Assembly: GCF_004010195.1 (NCBI RefSeq)
Contig: NC_057719.1
Coordinates: forward strand, 2,946,236 to 3,009,734
Length of the DNA: 63,499 nucleotides
Reading direction: 5' to 3'
Origin: Chiloscyllium plagiosum
Lineage: Eukaryota
Part shown: one piece after another, positions 51,098-63,499 of the stretch
Position numbering within the stretch: position 1 is the stretch's first letter
Layout of the letters: each line of letters starts with the position of its first letter
Notes under the pieces: model-generated
The model's database searches: none
Seen by the model: only the letters and a program-made list of their open reading frames with translations
Told to the model about the DNA's origin: nothing
Translations under genes and position numbers: made by a program

Positions 51098-51530
51098 GTT
51101 CATAAGTCTATAAGACATAGGAACAGAATTAGCCCATTCAGTCTGCTCTGCCATTCAATCATGGCTGATATACTCCTCACCCCCATTTTTCTGCCTTCTC
51201 CCGAGAACCCTTCAACCCATTACCTCTTAAAATTCTGTCTAACTCCTCCTTAAATTTACTCACTGTCTCAGCATCCACCGCACTTTGGGTTAGCAAATTC
51301 CACCGATTCATAACCCTTAGGGAAATGTAGTTTCTCCTCAATTCTGTTTTAAATTTGCCTCCCCTTACCCTAAGACTCTCATCCCAGAATGTCCCACAAG
51401 AGGAAGCATCTGCTCCACATCTATTTTATCCACACCTTTTATCATCTCCCCTCATTTTTCTAAATTCTAAGGAGTATATAGGCCTAAACTGTTCAATCTC
51501 TCTTCATATGACAAACTCCTCATCTCCATT
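51098..51530 (-). mobile_element. CR1 LINE 3' end
   Basis: Inverted 3'UTR CATAAG..GACATAGGAACAGAATTAGCCCATT and RNYISLRVMNRWNL-type motif. Confidence 0.75.
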
Positions 51531-51594
51531 TTTATGTCATACGCAAACCAGGCCTATGGTACATTCACTTTCCTTATCCGAGTCATCACATAAA

Positions 51595-51975
51595 ACATAG
51601 AATGTTACAGCGCAGTACATCCCCTTTGGCCCTCGATGTTGCGCCAACCTGTGAAAATAATCTGATGCCCATCTAACCTACACTGTTCCATTATTATCCA
51701 TACGTATGCCCACGTCCACTTAAATGCCATTAACGTCGGCAAGTCTACTAATATTGCAGGAAGGCTGTTTCACGCCCCTGCTACTCTCTGAGTGAAGAAA
51801 CTACCCTTACTATTTGTCCTAAATCTGTCACCCCTCAATTTAAAGCTATGTCCCCTCATATTAGCCTTCACCATCTGAGGAAAAAGGCTCTCACTGTCCA
51901 TCTTATCTAACCTTCTGATTATCTTACAAGTCTTGATTAAGTCACCTCTCAACCTTCTCTCCAATGAAAACAGCC
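51595..51975 (-). mobile_element. CR1 LINE 3' end
   Basis: ORF 51770-52051 RLFSLERRLRGDLIKT..RGHSFKLRGDRFRT..FFTQRV. Same subfamily as 14192. Confidence 0.88.
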
Positions 51976-52034
51976 TTATTACTATATATTGCAAATAATT
52001 GTGGTTGTAGCACTGATCCCTATGGCACACCACA

Positions 52035-52885
52035 ATGATCAGATGGGTCAATGGGCTGAGGAGTGGCAGATGAAGCTTAATTTAGATAAATGCGAGATGC
52101 TGCATTTTGGGAAAGCAAATTTTTGTAGGACTTATACACGTAATGGTAACGTCCGAGAGAGTGTTGCTGAACAAAGAGACCTTGGTGTACAGGTTCATAG
52201 TTCCTTGAAAGTAGAGTCACAGGTAGATAGGATAGTGAAGAAGGCATTTGCTATGTTTTCCTTTATTGGTCAGAGTATTGAGTACAGGAGGTAGAAGGTC
52301 ATGTTGCAGCTGTAGAGGACATTGGTTAGGCCACTTTTGGAATATTGTGTGCAATTCTGTCTCCTTCCTATCAGAAGGATGTTGTGAAACTTGAAAGAGT
52401 TCAGAAAAGATTTACAAAGATGTTGCCAGGGTTGGAGGATTTGAGCTGTAGGGAGAGGTTGATTAGGCTGGGGATGTTTTCTCTGGAGTGTCGGAGGCTG
52501 AGGGGTGTCCTTATAGAGGTTTGTAAAATCATGAGGGGCATGGATAAGGTAAATAGACAAGGTTGTTTCGCTGGGGTGGGGAAGTCCAGAACTAGAGGGC
52601 ATAAGTTTAGGGTGAGAGGGGAAAGATATAAGAGACCTAAGGGGCAACTTTTTCACACAGAGGGTGTTACGTTTATGGAATGAGCTGCCAAAGGAAGTGG
52701 TGGACGCTGGTACAATTGCAATATTTAAAAGGTATTTGGATGGATATATGAATAGGAAGGATTTAGAGAGATATGGGCCTGGCGCTGGCAGGTGGAACTA
52801 GATTGGGTTGGGATATCTGGTTGGCATGGACGAGATGGACCGAAGGGTCTGTTTCCATGCTGTACATCTCTATGACTCTAAGATT
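52035..52885 (+). mobile_element. CR1 LINE 3' half
   Basis: DQMGQWAEEWQM..DKCEMLHFG, KLERVQKRFTKMLPGL, 3'UTR ending GACTCTAAGATTCTAAG. Confidence 0.92.
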
Positions 52886-53449
52886 CTAAGTTAAAGGTTG
52901 TCATCATGAAAATGCCCCCACTTCTATCCATTCCAGTATATAATACTATCCCCAACACTATGTGCTCCTATCTTATCTCATTCTTGATGAAGAGCTTGTG
53001 CTCAAAACATCCTTCCTCCTTCTCGGATGCTGCCTGACTGGCTGCGCTTTGCCAGCACTATACATTTTGACTCTATCTTATTAAAAAGCCTAACGTGCAG
53101 TGCCTTATCAAAAGTGTTCTGAAAATCCAAATATATTCCATCCACTTTATCTATCCTGCTTATTACATCCTTAATGATTTCTAGTACATTTGTCATGCAT
53201 GATTTCCAGAGAAACTTAACAGGTCCAGCAGCATCTGTTGTGAGAGAAATTAACATCGGAGTCCAAAGTCAATTTGGATACTTGGCTATGGGATAGATTT
53301 ATAGGGAAGCACTGGCAGACATTTAACGGGAGATTTCAAAACTTCTTTTATTCATTCACGGGATGTGAGTTTCACACCTTCCTTTGATGCTTACTAATTA
53401 GCTTAAATCTGTGCCCTCAATGTTGCAACTCAATTGTTACAATGAGAAT

Positions 53450-55470
53450 GTTCTCAAACGGGAGCAGGGGCAGCAGGAGGTCATTGGACAAATTGGAATC
53501 AATGACATAGGAAGGGAAAAGGTTGAGATTCCCTGGGAGATACAGAGAGTTAGGCAGGAATTTAAAAAGGTCTTCGAGAGTAGTAAGATCTGGATTACTC
53601 CCAGTGCTACGAGCTAGTGAGGGCAGGAATAGGAAGATAGAGCAGATGAATGCATGGCCAAAGAGCTGGTGTATGGGAAAAGGATTCACATTTTGGGTAG
53701 AATCTCTTTTGGGTAGAAGTGACCTGTAAGGACGGATTGCATCTAAATTGGAAGGGGACGAATATGCTGGCAGGGAGATTTGCTAGAGCTGCTCAGGAGG
53801 ATCTAATCTAGTATGGTGGGGGCGGGATGTGTGTGTGTGTGCGTGCGTGTGTGTGCGTGCGGTGGGACCTAGGGAGATAGTGAAGAAAGAGATCAATCTG
53901 AGACAGGTACAAGTGAGAAAAGAAGCCAGGGCGGCAGGGACAAAGCAGAGAACAAGGTACGACTGATACATTTAATTCATTTATTTCAATGCAAGGGGCC
54001 TAACAGGGAAGGCAGGTGAACTCAGGGCATGGTTAGGAACATGGGACTGGGATATCATAGCAATTACAGAAACATGGCTTAGGGATGGACAGGACTGGCA
54101 GCTTAATGTTCCAGGATACAAATGCTACAGGAAGGATAGAAAGGGAGGCAAGAGAGGAGGGGGAGTGGCGTTTTTGATAAAAGATAGCATTACAGCTGTG
54201 CTGAGGAGGATATTCCCGGAAATACATCCAGGGAAGTTATTTGGGTGGAACTGAGAAATAAGAAAGATCTGATCACCTTATTGGGATTGTATTATAGACC
54301 CCCTCATAGTCAGAGGGAAATTGAGAAACAAATTTGGAAGAAGATCTCAATTATCTGTAAGAATAATAGGGTAGGAGATTTTAACTTTCCAAACACTGAC
54401 TGGGACTGCCATAGTGTTAAGGGTTTAGATGGAGAGGAATTTGTTAAGTGCGTACAATAAAATTTTCTGATTCAGCATGTGGATGTACCTACTAGAGAAC
54501 GTGCAACACTTGACCTACGCTTGGGAAATAAGGCAGGGCAGGTGACTGAGGTGACAGTGGGGGAGCATTTCTTGGTCAGCGACCATAATTCTATTAGTTT
54601 TAAAATTGTGATGGAAAAGGATAGACCAGATCTAAAAGTTGAAGTTTTAAATTGGAGAAAGGCCAATTTTGAAGGTATTAGCCAAGAACTTTCAAAAGCT
54701 GATTGGTGGCAGATGTTCGCAGGTAAAGGGACAGCTGGAAAATGGGAAGCCTTCAGAAATGAGATAACAGAAGTCCAGAGAAAGTATGTTCCTGTTAGTG
54801 TGAAAGGAAAGGCTGGCAAGTAAAGGGAATGCTAGATGACTAAAATTGAGGATTTGGTTAAGGAAAAGAAGGAAGCATATGTCAGGTATAGACAGGATAG
54901 ATCAAGAGAATCCTTTGAAGAGTATAAAGGCAGTAGGAGTATACTTAAGAGGGAAATCAGGAGGGCAAAAAGGGGAAATGAGATAGCTTTGGCAAATAGA
55001 GTTAAGGAGAATCCAAAGGGTTTTTACAAATACATTAAGGACAAAAGGGTAACTAGGGAGAGAATAGGACCCTTCAAAGATCAGCAAGGCGGCCATTCTT
55101 TAGAGCCGCAGAAAATGGGGGAGATACTAAACAAGTCTTTTGCATCAGTATATACTGTGGAAAAGGATATGGAAGATATAGAATTTTGGGAAATAGATGT
55201 TGACATCTTGAAAAATGTCCATATTACAGAGGAGTAGTGCTGTTTGTTTTGACATGCATAAAGGTGGATAAATCCCCAGGACCTGATCAGGTGTACCCTA
55301 CAACTCTGTGGGAGGTTAGGAAATGATTGGTGGGCCTCTTACTGAAATATTTGTATCTTCAATAGTCACAGGTGAGGTGCCGGAAGATTGGAGGTTGGCT
55401 AACGTAGTGCCACTGTTTAAAAAAGGTGGTAAGGACAAGCTAGGGAACTATAAACCAGTGAGCCTGACCA
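53450..55470 (+). mobile_element. CR1 LINE 5' part (ORF1 esterase, endonuclease, start of RT)
   Basis: QIGINDIG, LLPVLRASEGRN, IAITETW, GDFNFPN, DVPTRERATLDL..SDHNSI, VVPLFKKGGKDKLGNYKPVSLT. Confidence 0.92.
53827..53860. repeat. (GT)n/(GCGT)n microsatellite
   Basis: tgtgtgtgtgtgtgcgtgcgtgtgtgtgcgtgc. Confidence 0.9.
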
Positions 55471-55500
55471 ACCTCCAACCTTCCAGGGAAAATAGCCCTA

Positions 55501-55685
55501 GCGGGTGCTCTGGTTTCTTCCCACAGTCCAAAGATGTGCAGGTCAAGTGAATTGGCCATGCTAAATTGCCCATAGTGTTAGATGCATTAGTCAGAGGGAA
55601 ATGGGTCTGGGTGGGTTACTCTTCGGAGGGTCGGTGTTGAGCCGAAGGGCCTGTTTCCACATTGTAGGGAATGGAATCTAATGGA
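55501..55685 (+). mobile_element. HE1-like V-SINE, 5'-truncated
   Basis: Part of the V-domain plus tail GGGCCTGTTTCCACATTGTAGGGAAT. Confidence 0.85.
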
Positions 55686-55734
55686 ATCCAGCCTTTGAGT
55701 GCAAAGAACATCCACCCTCTGCATTTACCTTGAC

Positions 55735-56270
55735 TAATCCTTTCCCTGTAGCTCCAGCCACAGCAATAACCTTGTAAATCTTTTCTGAACCCTTTCAAGT
55801 TTCACGACATCCTTCCTATAGTGGGGAGACCAGAATTGTGCCCAGTATTCCAAAAGTGGTCTAACCAGTGTCCTGTACAGACACAACATGACCTCCCAAT
55901 GCCTATACTCAATGCACTGACCATTAAAGGCAAGTGTCTTCTTCATATGTCTTCTTCACTACCCTGTCTAACTGTGACTCCACTTGCATGGAACAACACA
56001 CCTACACTTACTTCTACCTTTGAGCCAGTTCTGGATCCAAATGAATATTCCATGTGATCTAACTTTGCTGACCAGTCTACTATGAGGAACCTTGTTGAAT
56101 ACTTTACTGAAATCCATACGGATCACATCCATCGCTCTGCCCTCATCATTCCTCTGCGTTACTTCTTCAAAAAACTCAGTCAAGTTAGTGAGACATGATT
56201 TCCCAAGCACAAAGCCATGTTGGCTATCCCTAATCAGTCCTTGCCTTTCCAAATGCATGTAAATTCTTTG
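55735..56270 (-). mobile_element. CR1 RT fragments, inverted relative to 53450-55470
   Basis: ORFs 55968-56273 (QHGFVLGKSCLTNLTEFF..MDFSKVF) and 55734-55946 (LVRPLLEY..RKDVVKLERVQ). Confidence 0.85.
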
Positions 56271-56271
56271 C

Positions 56272-56596
56272 ATGAATCATAGAATCCTTACAGTGTGGAA
56301 ACAGGCCATCCGGCCCATTGAGTCCAAAGAAATCCCACCATCCCTGCAACTGTGCATTTCCCTTGGCTAACCCACCTAACCTGCACACCCCTGGACAGTA
56401 CAGAGCAATTTGGCATGGCCAATCCACCTAACCTGCACATCCTTGGACTGTGGGAGGAAACTGAAGAACCCAGAAACTGTCTCCCCATGCAGAGACAGGG
56501 AGAATGTGCAAACACCACACAGTCTGTCGCCCAATCAAACCCAGATCCCTGGCACCATGAGGCAGCAATTCTAACCACTGTACCACTGTGCTGCGA
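56272..56596 (-). mobile_element. HE1-like V-SINE
   Basis: Head, V-domain and tail on the minus strand. Confidence 0.85.
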
Positions 56597-57930
56597 CATA
56601 GAGCCATAGAGTCCTACTGCATGGAGATAAGTCCTTTGGCCCAAACTGGTCCATGCTGACCAAAATGTCCGTCCACAATAAGCCCATTTCCCTGCACTTG
56701 GCCCATACCCTTCTAAAACTTTTCTATCCACAAAGGGCGGCACGGTGGCACAGTGGTTAGCACTGCTGCCTCACAGCGCCAGAGACCCAGGTTCAATTCC
56801 CGCCTTAGGCGACTGACTGTGTGAGTTTGCACGTTCTCCCCGTGTCTGCGTGGGTTTCCTCCGGGTGCTCCGGTTTCCTCCCACAGTCCAAAGATGTGCA
56901 GGTCAGGTGAATTGGCCATACTAAATTGCCCGTAGTGTTAGGTAAGGGGTAAATGTAGGGGTATGGGTGGGTTTCGCTTCGGCGGTTCGGTGTGGACTTG
57001 TTGGGCCGAAGGGCCTGTTTCCACACTGTAATGTAATCTAATCTAATCTTGTCCAAATGACTTTTAAATGTTGTTAATGTACCCATCTCAATCATTTCTG
57101 CTGGCAGCTCATTCCATATGCGTACCACCCTCTGTGTAAAAACGTTGCCCCTCAGGTTCCCTTTTATTTCTTCCCCATTAACCTTAAACTGATGCCCTCT
57201 AGTTCTTAATTCCCCAACCCTGGGAAAAAGGCTGAGTGCATTCATTATATCCATGTCTCTCATTATCTCATACACCTCTATAATGTCCCTCTCAGTCTCC
57301 TAAGTTCTAAAGAAATAAGTCCTAGCTTGTCCAACCTCTCCCTATAATTCAGACCATTGAGTCCAGGCAATATCCTTGCAAATTCCTTCTGCACTCTTTC
57401 CAGTTTAATAAGATACTCTCTACAATGAGGTGATCAAAGCTGAACACAATACTCCATATGTGGCCTAACCAATGTCCTGTAAAACTGCAACATAACTTCC
57501 CAACTTCTATACTGAATGCCCTGACTGATGAAGGCAGTGTGCCAAAAGCCTGTCTACCGGTGACTCCACTGTCAGAGACCCATGCACCTGAACTCCAAGG
57601 TCCCTCTGTTCCACTACACTCCTTAAGGCCTTACCATTCACCACGAAACTCCTACCTTGATTTGACTTTCCAAAATACAAGACCTCACACTTATCTATAT
57701 TAAACTGCATTTCCCATTTCTCGGCCCACTTCCCCAGCTGATCAAGGTCCTGCTGCAATTTCTGAAAGCCTTCCTCACTGTCCACGATACTGCTTATTTC
57801 AGTGTCATCAGCAAACTTACAAATCACACCTTGTACATTTTCATCCAAATCATTAATATAGATAACAAACAGTATTGGGCCCAACACTGACCCCTGGAGC
57901 ACTCCACTAGTCACAGGCCTCCAGTTCCTA
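56597..57930 (-). mobile_element. CR1 LINE 3' half, with an HE1 SINE inserted near the ORF end
   Basis: ORF 57507-57914 SGVLQGSVLGPILFVIYINDLD..KFADDT and ORF 56805-57275 NVFTQRVVRIWNELP. Confidence 0.92.
56735..57048 (+). mobile_element. HE1-like V-SINE, young and full length
   Basis: GGGCGGCACGGTGGCACAGTGGTTAGCACTGCTGCCTCACAGCGCC..GGTTCAATTCCC, intact V-domain, (TAATC)n tail, CpGs retained. Confidence 0.95.
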
Positions 57931-57962
57931 AGCTCTTCATAGCCAATGAAGTATGATCGAAA

Positions 57963-58518
57963 CAGCTCAATTGGCTGAATGGCAGGTTTACAACAGACAG
58001 TGATACCAACAGCATGGGTTCAATCCCTACACTATCTGAGGTTCCTGTGAAGAACTAGAATTCATAGAATCCCTACAGTGTGGAAACAGGCCATTTGGCC
58101 CAATACGTGCACACCAACCCTCTGAAGAGTAACCCATGCAGACTCATTCCCCTACCCTATTACTCTATATTTGCACCTAACCTACTCAGTCCTGAATACT
58201 ACAGGCAATTTAGCATGGCCAATCCACCTAACCTGCACATCTTTCGACTGTGGGAGGAAACTGAAACAACTGGAGGAAACCCACACAGACACAGGGAGAA
58301 TGTGCAAACTCCACACAGACAGTCGCCTGAGGCTGGAATCGAACACAGGTCCCCGGTGCTGTGAGGCAGCAATGCTAACCACTGAGGCACCATGCCACTG
58401 TGACTCTCCACCTCAACATCTCCCCTCACCTGATGGGTGATGACCCTCAGGTTTAAACACCATTAAGTCATCTTTATCTAATCAGAGAACAGCCCAGTAC
58501 AAACATGGTCTACTTTAC
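57963..58518 (+). mobile_element. tRNA-SINE family 2, split by an HE1 SINE (58056-58397, minus strand)
   Basis: AGCTCAATTGGCTG..GGGTTCAATCCC..CTGAGGTTCCTGTGAAG before the HE1 copy, GACTCTCC..ACCCTCAGGTTTAAAC after it. Confidence 0.75.
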
Positions 58519-59099
58519 TGTTATAAGATGGAAAATGATTGGAGAATCTGGCATCTTTGGTCACTCAGATGTCCACAGCATGTGAAATGATGACTTGCAA
58601 TAAAAGCTGTGGCATCTAAATAAATACTTTGTAAATGGAAAGCACTGTGTTTCACAACCAAAGAACTTTGTCTTAGCCATCAGTTATTGTACGTATTTTT
58701 TTAATGAATTAAGTACCAGTGTGACAAATCAATAAGAGTTAACATCTGGCAACTGCTTTCCAGCTACCCTTGATATAAAAGATAGGCTGCAATGGAAGAA
58801 TCGTGTATGGCCAGACAGCAGATTCAGTTGCAATACATGGTTTGTAATGTTATATTCACTGGAGCTTTGTCAAAAGTATCAGATTTTGTTGTATTAATTC
58901 TTCATTTGCCCTGAGCTCTAGATGCTACCATTTTGAGGGTTATTGCTTTGAGAAGTGCTGTTTAGATTTAACTAACTCAAGGGTCTCCTCAGAGGGCACA
59001 AATCTGAGGAATTATTTACCACAGAGGGCTGTCGAGGCTGGGTCATCAGGTATATTCAAGACCGATAGATCTTTAATAAATTAGGGAATCGTAGGTGCC

Positions 59100-60600
59100 A
59101 CAGAAACACAGAATATAGGACCAGGAGTAGGGGTTCGAGCCAGCTCCACCATTCAATATGATCATGGCTGACCTTCTAACAAAGTACCTGTTCCAGTTTC
59201 TTCCCATATTCTTTGATCACTTTAGTCCTAAGAGCTATATCTACGCCTTCCTTGAAACTCTTCTATGTTTCGGCCTTAACAGTTTCCTGTGGCAGAGAAT
59301 TCCACAGGGTCACCACTTTCTGGGTGAGGAAATTCTTCTTCATCTCTGTCCTCAGAGATCTACCCTTTACCTCTAACCTGTCACCCTAATTATGGAATCC
59401 CTGGTCATTGTGAACATCTGTCCCCTATTTACTGTAATGCTATTAGAATTTTAAATGTTTCCAAGAGATCCCCCTCATTCTTCTAAACTCCACTAAATAT
59501 ACTCTGAACAAATTCAAACATCAGTCCTGCCATCCCACAAATCAGTCTGGTAATCGCTGCACACCCCCTCCAGCCAAAATATCCTTCCTCAGATAAGGAG
59601 ACAAACCTGGAAAAATGAGAAGTGATTCACTTTGGAAGGTCAAATTTGAATGCTGAATACAGGCTTAAAGACAGGATTCTTGGCAGTGTGGAGGAATAGC
59701 CGGATCTTGGAGCCCATGTACATAGATCCCTCAAAGTTGCCACCCAAGTTGATAGGGTTGTTCAGAAGGTGTATGGTGTTTTGGTTTTCATTAACAGGGG
59801 GATTGAGTTTAAGAGCCGCAAGGTTTTGCTGCAGCCCTATAAAACCCTGGTTAGACCACACTTGGAATATTGTTTCCAGTTCTGGTCACCTCATTATAGG
59901 AAGGATGTAGATGCTTTAAGGAGGGTGCAGAGGAGATTTACCAGGATGCTACCCGGATTGGATGGCTTGTTTTATGAAGAGAGGTTGAGTTGCCTAGGGC
60001 TTTTCACACTGGAGACAAGAAGGAACAGAGGTGACTTGATAGAGGTGTACAAGGTAATGAGAGGCAAAGATATAGTAGATAGCCAGAGACTTTTCCCAGG
60101 GCAGAAATGGCTGTCATGAGGAGTCATAATTTTAAAGTTATTGGAGGAAGGTAGAGGAGAAATGTCAGAGAGAGGTTCTTTACACAGAGAATGGTGGGTA
60201 TGTGGAATGCACTGCCAGCAGTGGTAGCAGAATCAGAGACATTAGGGACATTTAAACAACTGCTGGACAAGCACATGACGACAGTAAGTTGAGGGGTGTG
60301 TAATTTAAGTTGATTTTAGATTAAGATAAATGCTCAGCACAACATCATGGACCGAAGGGCCTGTACTGTGCTGTACTGTTCTATGTTCTATGTTCTGAAA
60401 GCTGCATGCAATACTCCAGGTGTGGTTTCACTTAGGTCCTGCACAATTGCAGTAAGACATCCCTGCTCCTGAACTTGAATCCTCTCGCTTTGAAATCCAA
60501 TATACCATTTGCCTTCTTGAATGCCTGCTGCTCCTGCAATGCTTACTTTCAGTGACCAGTGTAGAAGGGCATCTGGATCTCATTGCATTTCACCTTTCCT
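59100..60600. mobile_element. Minus-strand CR1 3' part (59100-59610, 60400-60600) interrupted by a plus-strand CR1 (59610-60395)
   Basis: Plus ORF 59769-60119 LVRPHLEYCFQFWSPHYRKDV with a (TTCTATG)n tail. The flanks carry inverted CR1 motifs. Confidence 0.85.
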
Positions 60601-62545
60601 GTAAGACCATGATAAATAGGAGCAGGAGTAGATCATTCAGCCCTTTGGGTCTGTTCTGCTACTCAATAGGATCATGGCTGATGTGATATTCTTTCCGTTC
60701 ATTTTTCTGCTTTTCTCTGTAACCCTTATTTCGCTGACTAATCATGAATCTGTCTCTCTCACCACTAAATATACACAAGGACTCTGCCCCCACAGCTCTC
60801 TGTGGTAAGGAGTTCCAAAGACTCACAAACCTCTGTGAGATTAAATTCCTCCTCATCTCATTCTTAAATTGATGCCCTTTTATTCTGAGACGGTTCCCTC
60901 TGGTCCTATACTCTCCCATGAGGGGGAATATCCCTCTCAGCATTTACTCTGCCATGCCCCTTAAGAATCCTACATGTTCAATGAGATTACCTCTCATTCT
61001 TCGACTTCAGTGAGTAAAGTCCCAATCTGTTTAACCTTTGCCCATAAGACAGTCTATCCATACCAGGGATCATCTTAGTGAACCTTCTCTGAACTACCTC
61101 CAATGAAATGATCTATTTACTGAAATAATAGTACAAACACTGCTCGCAATTTTCCAGATGTGGTTTACCAGCACTTTGTCGCAATAAGAGTTTTCCACTC
61201 TTAATCTCCAACCCCCTTGAAATAAGGGTGAACATTACATTAGCCTTCCTGATTACCTGCTGCTCCTATGTGCTAGCTTTTTGTGTTTCTTGTACAAGTC
61301 CCCCTAAGTCCCACGATTTTGCAGTTTTCTGCCGTTGTCTCCACTTAAGTGATACAATACACTTTTGTTCTCCCTTCCAAAATAAATAACTTCACATTTT
61401 CCCACATTATATTCAATTTGCCAACTTTTTGCTCACTTCCTTAACCTATCACTATCTCTCTGTAAACTATATCATTTTCACAACTTGCCTTATTCCGTTT
61501 CCAATCTGTTGTCATTCAACTCATAGCCTGTCTGCCTGTTTTGCTACCAAAATAGATGACCTCATATTTATCCATATTACGCTGCACCTACCATGTATTT
61601 GTCCACAAAATTACCTTGTCCAAATCATACTACATCCTCTCTGCAACCCCCTCACAGCATACTCACCCACTCAGCGTTGTGTCAGGTCTATGTCATCAAA
61701 CTCGGAGATACGACACAGTTCCCTCTTCTAAATCATTAATATACATTGTGAATAGCTGGAGTTCAAGCACTGATCTGTGGTGTACCCATTAGACACCGCC
61801 TGTTTCTCGGAAAAAAGACTAGTTTATTCCTGTTGCTTGTTTCTGTCTGCCAACCAGTTCTCAATCCATTTCAGTGCATAATTTCCAATCCTATGTGCTT
61901 TAATTTAACATGTTAATCTCTTATGTGGGACATTTATTGAAAGTCTTCTGAAAATCCAAGTAAAACACATCCACTCGATCCCCAATCAACTCCACTAGTT
62001 ACATTCTCAAAAAAAGCAAAAGTGAGGACTGTAGATGCTGGAAACCAGAGTTTGGAAACCAGGCTCTATTCCTGATGAAGGAATTTTGCCCAAAACGTCA
62101 ATTTTCCTGCTCCTCGGATGCTGCCTGACCTGCTGTGTTTTTCCAGCACCACTCTGATCACATTCTCAAAAGATTCCAGCAGATTTGTCAAGCATGACTT
62201 CCTCTTTGTAAATATATGCTATTTTTGTCTGATCCTGTGCTCTGCTATCAGATCTCTTACATTGGACGCTAGCATTTTTTCCACTACGATATTAGGCTAA
62301 CACATCTATCTTTCACTGTCTTCTGTCTGTTTTCCTTCTTAAATAGTGGGGTTACATTGACTACCTTCCAACATGTAAGAACTGTTCCAGCATCTACAGA
62401 ATTTTGGAAGATGACCAGTAGTGATTCTGTTATTTCCAGGGCCACTTCCTTAAGTACTCTGGGCTGAAGGGCATCAGCTCCTGGGAATTCATCTATCTTT
62501 AATCCCAGCACCACATCCCCACTAATATTAATTTCTTTCAATTTC
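60600..62545 (-). mobile_element. Tandem or nested decayed CR1 LINE fragments, with a Penelope terminal repeat at ~62020-62160
   Basis: ORF 60659-60943 RRNLISQRFVSLWNSLP and ORF 62284-62541 LQPRVLKEVA..VTPLFKK. Confidence 0.8.
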
Positions 62546-62784
62546 TCCTTTCCATTAGGATCTGCATTTCCCCATATTTATCAGAAATTATTTCCAGATT
62601 TTCTATTAGATTTTTATTGTCACACGTACTCAAATACAGGAGCACAGGAGTGCAGAGAAAAGTGTCTAATGTCATCATTTAAGATACAAAAATACCTAGC
62701 TACAAAAATAAACTTAGGTACAAAATAGTAAAAGAAATATAGTTTAACAAACTAAGTCTTACCTTCCTAGAATAAGTGGAAAGA

Positions 62785-63499
62785 ACAAAGAGAACAAAGA
62801 AAATTTACAGCCAGGAACAGGGCCTTTGGTCCTCCGAACCTGAGCCGATCCAAATCCACTGTCTAAACCTGTCGCCCAATTCCTAAGCATCTGTATCCCT
62901 CTGCTCCCCACCTACTCATACATCTGTCCTGACGCATCTTAAATGAATCTACCGTGCCTGCCGCTACAACCTCTGCTGGCAATGCCTTCCAGACACCTAC
63001 CACCCTCTGTGTAAAGTACCTTCCGCGTGTATTTCCCCTTAAACTTTTCACCTCTCACCTTGAACGCGTGACCTCTCGTTATTGAATCCTTCACCCTGTC
63101 TATAGCCTTCATGATTTTGTAGACCTCAATCAGGTCAGCCCTCAATCTCCTTTTTTATAATGAAAACAAACCTAGCCTACTCAATCTCTCTTCATAGCTA
63201 GCACCTTCCATACCAGGCAGCATGCTTGTATACCTTCTCTGCACCCTCTCCAAAGTGTCCACATCCTTTTGGTAATGTGCTGACCAGAACTGTAAACAGT
63301 ATTCTAAATGCAGCCAAACCAAAGCCTTGTACAATTTTAACATGATCTGCCAGCTCTTATGCTCAATACCCCATCCGATGAAGGCAAGCATACTATATGC
63401 CTTCTTAGCCACTCTATCCACCTGTGTAGCCACCTTCAGGGTATAATGGACCACTCCCAAATCTCTCTGCTCATCGACTTTTCCCAAGGTTCTTCTGTT
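62785..63499 (-). mobile_element. CR1 LINE 3' part, runs off the window end
   Basis: ORFs 63155-63487 (EQRDLG..LVWLHLEYCLQFWS..ERVQRR) and 62863-63051. (AGAACAAAG)n tail. Confidence 0.92.

Noticed and set aside
56735..56805. tRNA gene
   Set aside because: The A/B boxes belong to the tRNA-derived head of an HE1-type SINE, followed by the V-domain and tail.

Overview
Repeat-dense vertebrate genomic DNA, almost certainly from a cartilaginous fish. That is inferred from HE1-type V-SINEs, shark-type CR1 LINEs and Penelope elements. Most of the window is decayed transposons: many CR1 LINEs (three keep an ORF1 esterase), a second CR1/L2-superfamily LINE, Penelope-like elements with hammerhead-like terminal cores, about 13 HE1-like SINEs, a second tRNA-SINE family, a Harbinger remnant and a probable LTR end. 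There is one assembly gap (39016-39419). No intact host gene is visible. The dominant non-TE structure is a ~7.85 kb array of a 33-bp (11-codon) unit at ~41834-49672. It reads (TMGSTLGSLTI)n or (TDHHHGVHTGL)n on the minus strand and (MVSEPSVDPMV)n on the plus strand, and phase-1 splice signals bracket it. Several unique islands on the minus strand (49980-49739, 40981-40865, 40701-40565, 26562-25812, 23730-22720, 7620-5826) have acceptor sites and/or protein-like but disrupted reading frames, and TEs split some of them. The best interpretation is a large, decaying mucin/SEA-module (possibly dystroglycan-like) gene, but this family call is an eye-level inference that needs HMM and synteny checks. 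A 37-bp minisatellite nested among LINEs lies at ~13255-15620. TE boundaries are approximate.
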